A stretch of DNA of 64,000 nt. Origin: Mobula hypostoma (taxonomy: Eukaryota). The stretch lies in NCBI RefSeq assembly GCF_963921235.1, contig NC_086097.1, positions 89,344,001 to 89,408,000 of the forward strand, given 5' to 3'. Positions 13,219 through 25,579 of the stretch are shown here, one piece after another (the first letter of the stretch is position 1; the number at the start of each line of letters is the position of its first letter). The position numbers were made by a program, and so were the translations under genes. The notes under the pieces are model-generated. The model was not told the origin of the DNA. It made no database searches and saw nothing but the letters and a program-made list of their open reading frames with translations.

Positions 13219-14640
13219 CTAATTCGTCACCAACAACGGTGGGGTCATCAGCAAACTTATGTATGACAGTGGAGCTATGCTTAGCCAGACAGTTGTAAGT
13301 GTAAAGTGCGTAGAGTGGGGGAGAAACAGACAGCTTTCTGGTGCACCTATGCTGAAGGAGATCATGGAGGAGATGTTGCCATTCCTGATGTATGCATCTT
13401 TGCTGTCCACGTGTTCCAGGGTCCAGTGAAGAGCCAATAAGATGGTATCTGCTGTGGACCTGTTTTTCTGGTAGGCAAATTGGAGCAGATCCAAGTCACT
13501 TCTCAGGCAGGAGTTCTCACTAACCTCTCGAGACACTTCATCACGCTGGATGTAAGTGCTGCTGGATGATAGTCATTGAAACAGTTACCATGTTTTTCTT
13601 TGGCACTGGTATAATGGAAGCCTCCTTGAAGCAGATGGATATCTCAGAATGCCAAAGAAAAAGGTTAAAGATCTCAGAGAACACCCCAGCCAGTTGATCA
13701 GCACAAGTCTTTAGAACTCAGTAAGGTACCCCAGCTGGGCCAGATATTTTCTGTGCGTTCACTCTCCTGAAGGATGCTCTTACGTCAGCCTCAGAAACTG
13801 TAATCACGGGATCATCATGGGCTGTGGGAGTTTGTGATGGTTTGATAGTCAAAGCAAGCAGAGAAGGCATTGGGGTCACCCGGAAGCAAAGCCCTGTTGT
13901 AACCCATGTTGCTTGATTTCACTTTGTAAGAGGTGATGGTACTTGCATCCTGTCACAACTGTTGAGCAACCTTCATTCATTCAAGTTTAGTCTGGAATGC
14001 CACTTCACCCATGACTTTCTGGAGATCATTCCTGGACCTCTTGTAAGTTTAATGGTCGCCAGACTTGAATACTGCTGATCTGGCCCTCATCAGGTTGCGG
14101 ATCTCACTGTTCATCCAGGGTTTCTGGTTGGGGAAGACGCTGAGTGATTTTGTGGGGACACATTCAGCTATGACTGTTTTTAAACAAGTCTGTGACAACC
14201 ATGGTGTATTGATTCAGATCCATAGATGAGCCCTAGAACAGGGCCCAGTCCACTGACTCAAAGCAGTTCTGGAGCTGCTCCTCTACCTGCATGCAGGTAG
14301 GAGAAGGACAGCCAAGTGATCAGATTTCCCAACGTGCTGGCTGGGCATGGAATTGTAGGCATTCTTTATAGAACTGGTCTGGTATGTTGTGACCTCTGGT
14401 GCTACGGATTATATGATGGTAATTGAACAAAGATTTCTTCAAACAAGCCTGATTGAAATTCCCAATTGTAATTTGAAATGTGTAGGAGTGGACTTTTTGT
14501 TGTTTGCTGATGGCATCATGCAGTATCTCAAGTGTCTGATTATAGTCAGCTGACAGTGGTATGTAAACTGTGGTCAGGATCACGGATGAGAACTCCCTTG
14601 GTAAATGGAACAGTCAGCATTTGATCATTAGGTGTTCAAG
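13219..14640 (-). mobile_element. Rex1/Babar-type LINE, 5' half (degraded endonuclease and RT)
   Basis: Minus ORFs LDLLQFAYQKNRSTADTI (13219-13536) and ILTTVYIP..IGNFN (14320-14583); FPNQKPWMN at 14110-14136; KFADD-encoding sequence at 13244-13258. Confidence 0.82.
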
Positions 14641-14749
14641 ACTTGGAGATGCAGTGAGCTACGAGGGCGAGAGTAATCGTCTTGGGGACATTTTGGCAAC
14701 CTGATGGAACAGGCAGATAGGTGGCCGAAAACAATTAATCCTCAGAACA

Positions 14750-14850
14750 ATACACACAGTGTGCTGGAGGAGCTCAGCAGGTCAGGCAGCATCTATGCAT
14801 GGGAATAAACAGTTGACATTTTGGGCTGAGACCCTTCATCAGGACAAGGG
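14750..14850 (-). mobile_element. PLE terminal fragment with decayed hammerhead motif (14810-14846)
   Basis: Reverse complement tgtc-CTGATGA-agggtctcagccc-AAAA-tgtcaactg followed by gatgctgcctgacctgctgag. Confidence 0.75.
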
Positions 14851-15779
14851 AAGAATGAGAAAAGCAGCCTGTACTAGAATGTACAGATTTAAAACAGAAT
14901 TAAGAATCAAGAGATGTTTACTTGGCTGAAACAGGTAGGGTAGATTAAGAAAGTGTATGAAAGGCATTCAGGATCCTGGACTTAGTAAGTAAAGACTTCA
15001 AGTAGAAGGAAATTATGGTGGCCCTCTGTGAAGACCTGGTTCAGCTACAGTGGGAGTATTATGTCCCTTTGTGGGCCGCACACTTCAGCAATGGTGTCAA
15101 GCACTTGGAGAGGACATAAGAGATTTACTGGTGATTCCCGGATGAACGGGAAACACTGGGAGTGTTCTTGAAACCAGTTTGCAGGAGGCTCTGAAAGAAG
15201 GCATTTGAAATCAGTCAGGATGTGGACAGGGAAACTGTACACTGGGGTTGGAGTTAGCGCTCAGGAGAGGGAAAATGAAGATGGTAGGTAACAGACATAA
15301 AAGTGAAATTTCCCCACCCCTCCGCTCTCCCTGTTCCCTGCCTGTCCCAATCATTGTCCATAATGCTGTTCCTCACTCCATCCCCTTTCTTTCACACCCT
15401 TCCCTCCAACTCTCTTACCCCATTTTACCCAGCTCACCCTACCTTCCTACCACCCTCCCATCTTCTCCCTCAAGGCCCATTACACGTAGCTAGAACTCTT
15501 CAGACTGGAGAGGACATTTTCTGCCCGGGCGGAACAGCAAACCAGTGGACTCCGGATATTGCTGGTGCTCCCCTCCCTGACTGATTGGTGGAATGATGTC
15601 TCCGAATTGGACTGGGATGAGGATCAAAGGTTTGTATTCCTCACTCCGTCTGGCCGCGTTGTATCAGCTGGGAGTTCAAACACAAACACACACACAGGTG
15701 CATCCTTGAGTGGAGGGCAGGGCGATGCACTGGGAAAGGTTTGAGGCGTAAAGAGAGAGAGGTGCGTTGAATGTCTATC

Positions 15780-16800
15780 TCCCCGGAGAGGGTTAACGCT
15801 GTAATGACAGGCAGTGCTGGTGGAAGGCACTGCCTGTCACCGCCAGTAGTGTACGGCGCCCGACGGCCTGTTCGTGTCTCAGCGTGGCCGGGCTGCCAGC
15901 GCACAGCACCGAGGATCATCTGAGCCAAAGTATCGCTCGGTTTGCCGCCGCCTCCTTCTCCCCTGGCGGAATCTTAAGCGGCTGTTGGTGCCTCAACACT
16001 CAAACCAGGAGGGGACATTTACCAACCGGGTAGTGCTTTGGCTCTGGAAACAGTGACACCCTTCCAGTCTGCTCCGGCTAAACAGTGACGGCGAGATAAA
16101 GGGCTCGCTGGTTATCATTACACGAAGAAAGACTATGACCTGGTCACTGCGCCTTGCCGCTGATCCATAGACAGAATTTGCATTGATCAAGCACCTTTCT
16201 CAACCTTGGTGTCCCTCAGTGCTGGCTAGCCAGTACAATACCCTAAGTGGCCGCTGTAATCCGGGCGCGGGCACCCCCACCTCGTGCACGGGAAGCTCCC
16301 ACACACACCAGAGGGGAGAATTGTAGGACAGTCTGTTCTGCAATGTTAATGGAAGGTAAATCCTGCTCAAAGGTCTCCGTGAAATGTTATGGTATTGCAA
16401 AAACTGGAGTGCGCGGGGGAAGGTGGGAGGGAGAAAGCCTGCGTTTGGTATGGGTGTATAAAACAGCAGCGTTTCCCGCTTCTTCGCTGAACTGCCAGCT
16501 CCTGCCTGACCTGGCGCCGGACCCCATGAATTTCCCACCCAAGAAGCCTCAACCGGCACTTTAAAATCTGACTCCTGCCCTCCTTAACTCCCTGTCCCGG
16601 TGGGTGTTAAATTGGAAACTGAATCCATGGTGTGTTTTGTTTTTGCGTTGAACTGAGTCCAATTCCTGGGCAAATTAGCAGAATCTGTTCAAATAGTTTG
16701 CGCCAGGAGCAATATTCGAGCGGCCTTCGTTTGGTATCTGCTTATTACCGCGGCTAATTTGCCGCAAATTTAATCCTAACCAGGCTGCGTGAACCTTGCT
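15780..16800. promoter_or_regulatory. CpG-rich, repeat-free region; candidate promoter or enhancer
   Basis: Visibly higher CpG density than the flanks, GC-box-like runs at 16261 and 16410, TATAAAA at 16457-16463. No transcript data. Confidence 0.45.
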
Positions 16801-17891
16801 CCTTCACCTACATTTCCAGGTTGTGCGTTTCAAAACACAAACATGGGCAAATGAGGGAGGGCAGAGGATGTTTTTTTTTCCCCTCTCTTCCCCCTTCTCT
16901 CTCTCCCACTCTGCTCCTCTCCCTCTCTCTTCCCCCTTCCGCTCCGCCTCTCGCTTTCCCTCTCCCTTTCCCTCTCCCTCTGCCTGTGGGAACTGGGTGA
17001 TCTGGTGTTAATTGTAGGTGACAGACACAATTTAAAACAGCACGGTGACTTGTTGCGTGGGATTCCTGTCAGAATTTACACAGGGTTTGCGAAACCATGT
17101 GATTCTTGATCGGAATGTTCTATCCCGCTGCGTCACCTGTGCTGCTTCCCATCTTTCTCAGTTAGTGCAGCACAGAAAGAGGCCGCTCAAGCCGGTGCAA
17201 ATCTCTGCAGATTTATCACCTCGGCCCCATTTGCCTGCTCTTTTTCCTTGTTGCTGTTCAGTGTACAGCCTCTCTCTTTCACAAGTCCGATCAACTCCCC
17301 TGTTTTTCTTTATTGCCACTTACCTAGAGAAAAGAATTTACTGCAACTACTTTGCATTGCCTTCCCATCCTGCCATTCTTGCCCTCTCCATCCCTTCTCT
17401 TCAAACACCTGCTTTCATGCTTTCTCCTGCTACTTGGCCCCTGCCAGTTTTCTCCCTCTTTCCCCTCTCTTCTTGGCCCAAGCTTCTCTTTTTCTATTCC
17501 CCTCTCCTTTTCCCTACCCTTCCTTGCTCCTCCCTGGCTCTATTCTCCTTATCTCCTTCTTGCACTATTTGCAGCTGTGTCTCCGCTGGCTGGGCCACCA
17601 CTGGACAGGTGATGTGGCAGAGGCATGGAGAAGTACAGGTGGAGGCCAACATGACTGTAGGAGCAGGATCTGTGCAGAGAACATCGAGAGCTGTAGTAGT
17701 CTGATCTCTCAAGTCCAGTGTGATGTTTTCTTAGGGTGGGTTCTCCTAATAGAGGGTGGCTTTGCTTAACATGGGAGGGTGGATGCATGGACAGTCACCA
17801 CACAGTCCTTGACAGCTTGGGGTTAAGGTCCAGTGGCGTGGAATGCAAGCTGACTGGGGACCATTCACTGCCTTTGTGATGCGTCATCATA

Positions 17892-18285
17892 TTAGATTAG
17901 ATTCAACTTTATTGTCATTGTGCCAAGTACAGATACAAAGCCAATGAAATGCAGTTAGCATCTAACCAGAAATGCAAATAATAGTGTTATGTACAAAATA
18001 ACTGTGAATAAAAAGTAAGTGCTACAGCACACAAATATAAAAGTACTGAGACAGTACAATACGGGTGCAATACTGCTTAGCGCTGTGATGTGAGATTCAG
18101 CAGGGTCACAGTCGTAGAGAAGAAGCTCTTCCTGCGCCTGCTGGTGCGGGAGCGGAGGCTCCAGTAGTGCCTACCAGATGGGAGGAGAGTAAAACGTCCA
18201 TGGTTAGGGTGAGCTGCATCCTTGATAATGCTTTTTGCCCTGCCCAGGCAGCGTTTATGGTAGATGTTCTCAACGGTGGGCAATT
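17892..18285 (-). mobile_element. Rex1/Babar-type LINE 3' fragment, same subfamily as 4020-4548, inverted
   Basis: LPTVENIYHKRCLGRAKSIIKDAAHPNHG..LLPSG; 3' UTR and (AATCT)n tail near-identical to the 4020 copy. Confidence 0.88.
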
Positions 18286-18552
18286 TGGCCAACTCCAACG
18301 TTGAGGTCTTGGTTGGATCACACTTTGACTGGAACCTCCTCCTTGACCTTACCACCACTAGTGACAGTGCCAGGAGCTAAGTGTCCGATGACATCTCTGT
18401 CAGGATCTCGGAAGCTCACAGGCCTCTCCACCATGACAAGGTGACCATCTTTGGAGAGGAGAGAGAACATCAGCCATGGCTTGGTCAATAAGACTCACAG
18501 TCCTGGGTCAGAGGCTACTCTCCGCAGGAGACTGAGCACACGGTCAAGGCCG

Positions 18553-18651
18553 ACATCCTATTGAGAGAGGGCATTGCACTGTCAAGGGTGCAGTCCTTCG
18601 GATGAGGTGTTACCTTTTTGGGTAAATACACAAATTCCCTGACAATACTTT
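18553..18651 (+). mobile_element. Deu-domain (AmnSINE/SacSINE-like) SINE remnant
   Basis: gagagggcattgcactgtcaagggtgcagtccttcggatgaggtgtta resembles the Deu core as recalled. Confidence 0.5.
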
Positions 18652-18968
18652 GAAGGTGGGAGGGAAATTCTTTCTGGCTTATATTTCTTAGAGTCATAGA
18701 AACACACAGCATGGAAAGCCTCATAGGCCCATGATACTGATCAGCAGATATCACTGTTTTAACCCCATTTACCAGCTCTTGGTCTGTGGCCTTCTCTGCT
18801 TTGGCGTTTCTGTTGCCAGTCTAGATACTTCCTAAATGCTGCGAGAGTACCTGCTTCCACTACTTGCTCCGTTAATGCTTTCCATATACCAACCACCATC
18901 TGTGGGGAGAAGGGTGGGGTAGGATTTCATCCTGAGATCCGCTCTACTCCTCCTCATTGTCTGAAACG

Positions 18969-19127
18969 TACAGCACCGTGCAAAAGTCTTAGGCACATTT
19001 ATATCACTAGGGTGTCATCCTACTGAGAGAGGGCACTGCATTGTCAAGGGTGCAGCCCCTCAGATGAGGTGTTACCTCCTCGGGTAAATACACAAGTTCC
19101 CTGACAATACTTTTGTACGGTACTGTA
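18969..19127. mobile_element. Short Tc1-type MITE containing an internal copy of 18553-18651
   Basis: TA-cagcaccgtgcaaaagt at the left end and acttttgtacggtactg-TA at the right end are inverted repeats with 2 mismatches. Confidence 0.65.
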
Positions 19128-19454
19128 TTTGTCAACACGGGGCGGAGAGCGAGTTTGTAAGTCTGGCAGGAACAAAGATGTGGGAATGGTGAGGGTGGAA
19201 CACCACAGGAGGGGTTGTGGGACAGGGGGCAGTGACGGAGTGCCGGGGCGGGGGTGGTACAGGTGCAGACACACCCAGCCATGAGACACCATGTAATGTC
19301 ATTTGATTCCAAACAACTGGCTTACTGATCATTACAGAATGTCTCTCTGGAGCTTCCTGCTCCCTACCCTCTCCCTGCCCCCTTCCCACTCTCAGTCCAC
19401 AACAGAGACCCATATCAAAAGCAGGTTTAACATCACGTATATCATGTAAATAGT

Positions 19455-19732
19455 ACGGTAGCGTAGTGGTTAGCACAGCTCTTTACAGGACCAGCGACCG
19501 GGGTTCAAGTCCCGCTACTGCCTGTAAGGAGTTTGTATGTTCTCCCCGTGACCGTCTGGGGGTTCCTCTGGGTGCTTTGGTTTCCTCCCACAGTCCAAAG
19601 ACGCACTAGTTGCTAGGTTAATTGGTCAATGTAAGTGGTCCCGTGATGAGGCTAGGATCAAACTGGGGGATTGCCGGGTGGTCCTCTTCTTATTCCTAAG
19701 GTCCTATTCCGTGCTGTATCTCAATAAACAAA
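19455..19732 (+). mobile_element. tRNA-derived HE1/V-SINE-like element
   Basis: A box tagcgtagtgg, B box ggttcaagtcc, V-domain gagtttgtatgttctccccgtgacc...ggtttcctccca, tail aataaacaaa. Confidence 0.82.
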
Positions 19733-20681
19733 TTTCAGAATCAGGTTTATCTTCACTCACATAAACTTGTGCTGTTTATTGTTGATTATGTAGGCCACCA
19801 TACCAAGGCTTTGGGAAGTGTGGAGAGAATCCATGGAGGGGAGATTGGTTGCCATGATGTGTCATGCCGTGCCCACATTCCCTGCAGTTTCTTGCTGTGT
19901 GTGGTGCATCGATTTAAAAACTTTCTTAAACAATATTGGTAAAAGAGATTATCTAGTTATTAATTGTTCAGCTGCTTATGGTACTTGCTGTGAAAAGCTT
20001 GTCTGCCTTGGTTCCTACCGTGGCTATACTTGATAAGTATTTGACTGTAAAGTGCTTTTCAGACCTCCTGATGTTTGGAGCAGTGTTGTGTAAATACCTC
20101 TTATGTTTCCTTTGTTTTACTTCCTTACCGAGGAGCTGGACAAAAAGGTGGTCCCTCCCCCTTCCCTCGCCACCCTGCAATTCTACCCCTGCCCCTTCCC
20201 CCCCAGCTGAGAGGTTTTCAGTACACTCACATCAGATGAGCTGTTGATCTCAAAGGCCTCCGGGGCAACAGGAAAGGCATATTCAAACATATAGAGCCGA
20301 CCTCCCCCTTCCCCACTTCTCCCAACTCCCCCCCCCCAGCCTTTACTGTGGGCTCAGTGGCATTCTTCTGTGTGTATGCCTGTGTGTGGGATCTCGCAAC
20401 ACAGCAGCCCACACAAGAATGGCTGCTGCAACTGACTTCTAGCAATCCCTGCAATTTAAAAAAATATTGGACAGTAAAGAACTTGAAGCATGTCTCCAAA
20501 ACTGAGCCTTGGAAATAGTCCCTTGAAATGGATGGTCAACCCATTTCTCATCCACTTGTGCACTGCAGACGCTTTGACCTGCGATGCTCCCCCTCTGTGT
20601 ACTGCATCCTTCACAGGAGACCCACGCAGCACTAAAGTGTGACCTGGTTTGGTCATCTTTATGTGTGTGTGTGTGTGTGTC

Positions 20682-21036
20682 GTATAAGGTGGGCGATCAA
20701 GGTGCATGACCATGATTGTTGCTGGCATATTTTTCTACAGAAGTGGTTTGCCGTTGCCTCCTTCTGAGCAGTGTCTTTACAAGACAGGTGATGCTAGACA
20801 TTATCAATACCCTTCCGAGATTGTCGGCCCAGTATCAGTGATCACCTTAACCAGGACTTTTGATATGTACCAGCTGCTCATATGACCATCCACCACCTAC
20901 TCCCATGGCTTCACATGACCCTGATCGGGGGGCTAAGTGGGTGCTACACCTTGCCCAAGGGTGACCCGCAGGCTAGCGGAGAGAAGGAGCACCTTACTCT
21001 TCCTTTGGTAGAGACGAATCTCCACCCTGCCACCCA
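20682..21036. mobile_element. Unclassified interspersed repeat, possibly an RTE-associated SINE, next to a (TG)n tract
   Basis: cagaagtggtttgccgttgcctcc resembles RTE/Sauria-SINE-type ends as recalled; not confirmed. Confidence 0.35.
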
Positions 21037-23369
21037 ACTGGTTGGGTAGTGAGACAGTTTACAGGGTCTAGTCTGCAGGGTCTCGGGGTGCCTGCAAGTT
21101 GGAAGATTGTATATTGAAGTCCCTTTGAGAAGATGTGCTAAATAGCTACCAGTAGCTGGGAGCTGGCATGGTTCCTTTCTCTCCACTAGCCTCTCTTGCT
21201 CTACCCTACAGTCCACCACTGATGGAGGAGGGAAGAGGAGGAGGATGCAAGAGCAGCCTTGCCTGAGTGCCTTGAACTCCTTATGCATGCACATCCCAGG
21301 AGAATGACATTAAGAATCCTTGTACAAAGTAGCTCTTGAATTTCTGTTGTCTTGTAAATTCCCAGTGTTTTGCATTATGTAATTTTTGTAGATTCAAAGT
21401 CAAAGTAAATTTATTATCAAAGTATGTATATGTCACCATATACTACCTTGAGATTCATTTTCTTGCAGGCATTTACAGGAAAATAAAGAAATACAGCTTT
21501 GAGGCTCTAGTTAAGCTCAGTCAACTCTGATAAGCAGGCCACATTTTTTCAGTATCTGACTCCCAAAACAGACACTGCTGCAAGCTCCATGGCAGGAACG
21601 TAAATAGACGGAAAGATTCAAATCTTTTTGAAAAACTGTAACACTCTCACCTGCAGACAGAAATCTGTAGCCCATGCCTCTTCAGGGGGGCCCTAAGAAC
21701 CTCAGCCTTTCACAAGTGTACAGAATCCTACACAAAAACAGGAATGAGTATTTCCCTTCTCATATCACCGATACCAAATTCTGTCTGAGTCCAAGATCCT
21801 TCAAAAGATTCTTCAGTAACCTCTTGCCCTGAGAACTGTTGTTGAGGAGCAAGTCATCCGCAGTCTTAGAGGGCGCTACCTCTAAAGGCCTGCAGTTAGA
21901 TCTGGAACAGTGCTTCACAAGTCTGATAGTGACCAGATAATCAGTTTTTAATTAAAAAAAAGTGTGCTGGAAGAACTCAGGTAGTATGAGGGAGGGCAGA
22001 ATGAACATTTCAAGTGTATGACCCCTTCATCAGCTTTAGAAACCCCTGTACTTTTGTGTTTTTGGATCTGTCAGTGATGATGAATGGTGGGGGAAAAGTA
22101 CTATCTTAAGCATGAAGGAGAACACTGCTGGTTTTCCTTGAAAATGCCCTCAAATTTATTTAATAGGTAGAGGGTGCTGTGGTTTGAAGTCTTACCTGGA
22201 AGATGGGAAGGTAATAAGATTATAAACCAAGGCCTTGCCTATTTATACATACCATACCAGTCTCTGAATAGCACCTGAATGAGGAGTTTGGAGCTTCAGA
22301 GCAAAGGAAACAACCAATTGATTGTACTTTACACACTAAGATGACAAGGCTACACTGAGCAGTGCCCAGAACTGAAGCAGTCATAATGATGTAAGCTCAA
22401 AGGTATGTATCAGGTTTCAAAAGGTAAAAGCAAATTGCGGAGGATTTCAGCCTTTGCTCCTGCCATGACATTCTTGTGGTTGACCTTCCCCGGGGTGATG
22501 CTCTAACAGTTGTTCATTCAACATCTTTCAGCCTCAATCCACCAACTGTGACCCTCCCCTCTGGCTGAGGAAGATGCAGTGTGATTATTGGTACCGTCTC
22601 TGGGCGGAGTGAAATCTTTAGATTTTTTGGCGAGTCTTTTGCAATTTGGGATGGTCTAGTGCTTCGCAGTCAACAAAATCTTCATGTTACAATGCAGGAG
22701 ATGAAGCAACTGACATGCATGTAGCGATTTCTCCATAGAGCAATGCATTAATGACCAGGGGAGTTTTGTTTTGCTCATTGTTATGGGTTAATCTATATAT
22801 TCTGGGGAGACAAAATTCTTAACAAATAGGGTTGTTATGAAGGAGTATGGTGTGTTGAGGGATTGTGTTCAAGAGCCTTGAGGTAATGTTGCAGCTCTGT
22901 AAAACTCAGGTTAGACAACACTTGGGAGTATTGTGTTCAGTTCTGCTCACTTTATTATAGGAAGGGAGTGGACGCTTCAGAGACTGTGCAGAGGAAATTT
23001 ACCAGGGTACTGTCTGTATTGTAGGGAATGTCATATAAAGATAGATTGAGTGAGCTAGGGCTTCTATCTGGTCGCTCCTGTTAACTCGCGGTCTTGCAAA
23101 GAATTCATGTACTGGACCCGCTGGAGTATGGGTTGAAATGGGTGACTTCTGAAACTCTCTGTAGCAAAAGCTAGACTGATTGCTGGTGATGTTGAAATGT
23201 ATAGTATTCTGCTTTAATAAAGAGAACTTCCTGTCATTAAGGGAATGGCCTTCACACCCATAGACTTGATCGATCAACCTATTGATCAAGTCCATTGTGC
23301 AAAGAAGCGGCAGCAGCTGGTCATCATATGCCAACTGGAACTCTCTTACACTCTGGAAAATAATGTAAT

Positions 23370-24320
23370 GAAGTGTCGGGCGAGCTGAGGGGTTGGCGGT
23401 GTGTACAGGGACAAGCCGGAGTCACTGTGGAACACGTGCGCTATCAAGGGTCTGGTGCAGTTGGTGCCTGAGTTCCCAAAGCTGGCTACTGTGCATTCAA
23501 GTATGACCTGAAGCAGACAGGTGATTGTGCTCTGATGTCATTGCCACACCTTGTTGGGGAGAGAGAGAGAGAGAGAGAGACCGACCGACCGACCGTGGGC
23601 GAACTGTGTATTTTCAGCCAGAGAGAGCGCGCGCTGACAACAGAAGTCTGTGAGGAAGCCGAGTTGTTTGTTTTCCGTGGGGGCTGCTCAGTAAATTAGA
23701 CATTTATTTTCCCGTGGAGTGGAAGTGATCGGTTTGAAATCCTGTTGGCTGCAAGGATGTGTCAATGACGAGTCTGAATAGAAGGTTCACAAGGTGGCTT
23801 GGTAAGGTTAAATATTTCTCTCTCTCTATTCCCTCGCATTGGTTCTTGTAGCGAGTCGCGTGTCGAGCACTAACTAGGTTTGCGAAACTGGCTGTCCCTT
23901 GTGCAGACCTCCGGTCTCGGAGCTGGAGAATGCCGTGTTGACACCTTTTTTATTCTGCCAGTGTAATCATTCACTGATTTGGTTTGTGCGGAGTTACCTC
24001 CGCCCAGGATGTGTATCGACCCAGTCGCAGAGATATTACCGGCGGCTGGCTAATGTCTCTGCAGTTCTGTTTTTACGCCGTGCTGCTTACAGCGGGCTCT
24101 CGGCTCACTGTTGCTGAACCGGACCCGCTACGGTGTTTCAACACTGAGTGCAGGGTGATAGATCGAGGGGCCGTCTCTATTAACCGCACCGGAGTAGCAC
24201 GTGAAAATGGTTACAGCTTGGCCAAGTTTCTTATCGTCCACCGACCATTTGGCACCGTTTCCAAGAGATGGGATTTTTGCCTTGAGTGCACTGGAGCTCC
24301 CGGTGAGACGGTGACCAAAT
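23370..24320 (+). promoter_or_regulatory. CpG-island-like region with (GA)n and (CCGA)n tracts; candidate promoter or first-exon region of the PLEKHG gene
   Basis: High CpG density, no recognisable transposon, (GA)n at 23559-23580 then ccgaccgaccgacc, splice donor at 23802. Confidence 0.6.
23765..23801 (+). CDS. Candidate upstream coding exon segment (MTSLNRRFTRWL+G) of the PLEKHG RhoGEF
   Basis: ATG at 23765, 12 codons plus G, then donor TTG|GTAAGG. Phase 1 matches the phase-1 acceptor at 53456 and gives ...RWL-E-SPR. The splice itself is inferred. Confidence 0.45.
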
Positions 24321-25579
24321 GTAGTCAGGCGTTGGTTTTATTCTCGCAACCTCACCCCAGAGCTGATTCAGGATGATTCTGGCCCACTGTCTTGACAGTT
24401 AACTCTGTACGTGGAGCCCTGCATCACAAGGAGGGATGTCAGCTCATTAAAAGCTCCTATTTAACTTTTCCCATGACGTTTTCTGTGGCCTGGCGGATAC
24501 TAACTTTATAAAATTCTCCGATTCGCTTTAAAAAGTTGACATGGAACCTGCTTTCTCTAGGCTGCGCCCCAAATCACAACAACCAATTGTATAAGAGTAC
24601 TTGCGTAGGGGAGGGAACACCTTACCTCTTGTTTTTTTCTGCAAAAAAAACACACTAACCTTTGGAATCTATTACGTCACTGATTCCATTTATTCTGACA
24701 GATTTGAATTCATTTTGGCAGCACCCCTGTTACTAAACTAAGGGCCTTTAATCATCCATGCAGCTCTGAAGTCTTAAGGAGGCAGAGGCAGTGTTTCCAA
24801 CATTGAAGAGGCTGAAGACAGAATCGTATTTTTGTATTCAAATTATTCTGTAGTCATTCGGCAGAAAGTGGAAATGGTGACACGGAAAATGCACCATCTC
24901 ATCCTGGTTACCACAGTAAATTTAGGCAGAATGAGCCATCTGCTTTTCGTGCAAGGGAAATTATTCTGTTGGTCATGCTGCATGTAACTATGCCCTTCAG
25001 CTCAACTGGTCCATGTTGATCAAAAATCCCAGCTAAACTAGTCTCATTTGCATGTCTTTGGCTCATATCCTTAAACACCATTTCGACTCATGTACCTGTC
25101 TAAGTGCCTGTTAAATGTTAATGTACCTGCCTCTACCCTTTCTCTGCCAGCTCATTCCATGGGGAAAAGTTGCTGCTCAGGTTCCTATAAAATCTCTTCA
25201 CTTTCTCCTTGACCTATGCCCTTCAATACTTAGTTCCCCGAACCTGTGTTGAGGTAAATCTGGTCACATGGTGGCACTGGCTTGGTTCATTAGGATTTTA
25301 CGCTTGAAAATGGATTGGGAAAAGAAAACTTGATCCAGTTGGAGTGAGTGGGAATTGTATTGGGTATCCGACTGCCCTTTGTGATGCTCTGCTTTGGGAA
25401 TGATGGGAAGGGGTTTGGAAGGGATAGGAGGACGTTGTGATGTGATGTTATGATGCACAGGATGGGCTTGTTTCACTGACCATCTGCACATTGGGTCTGT
25501 GAGAGGGCTTTGGCCTATTGGGAAGGCACGACAAGATGGGAGACTTGGGATGCTGAGTAGTGGCAGTGAATTGGAGTAT

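Noticed and set aside
17045..17769. 219-aa and 173-aa ORFs as host genes
   Set aside because: Low-complexity pyrimidine-rich sequence giving L/S/P/F-rich peptides with no recognisable domain.
23263..23292. 12-bp imperfect hairpin gacttgatcgat/attgatcaagtc
   Set aside because: Short and imperfect with no supporting context; could be chance in 64 kb.
23984..24376. 130-aa ORF with a signal-peptide-like start
   Set aside because: Non-ATG start, located in GC-rich island sequence just after a splice donor, no recognisable family; long ORFs arise easily in such sequence.
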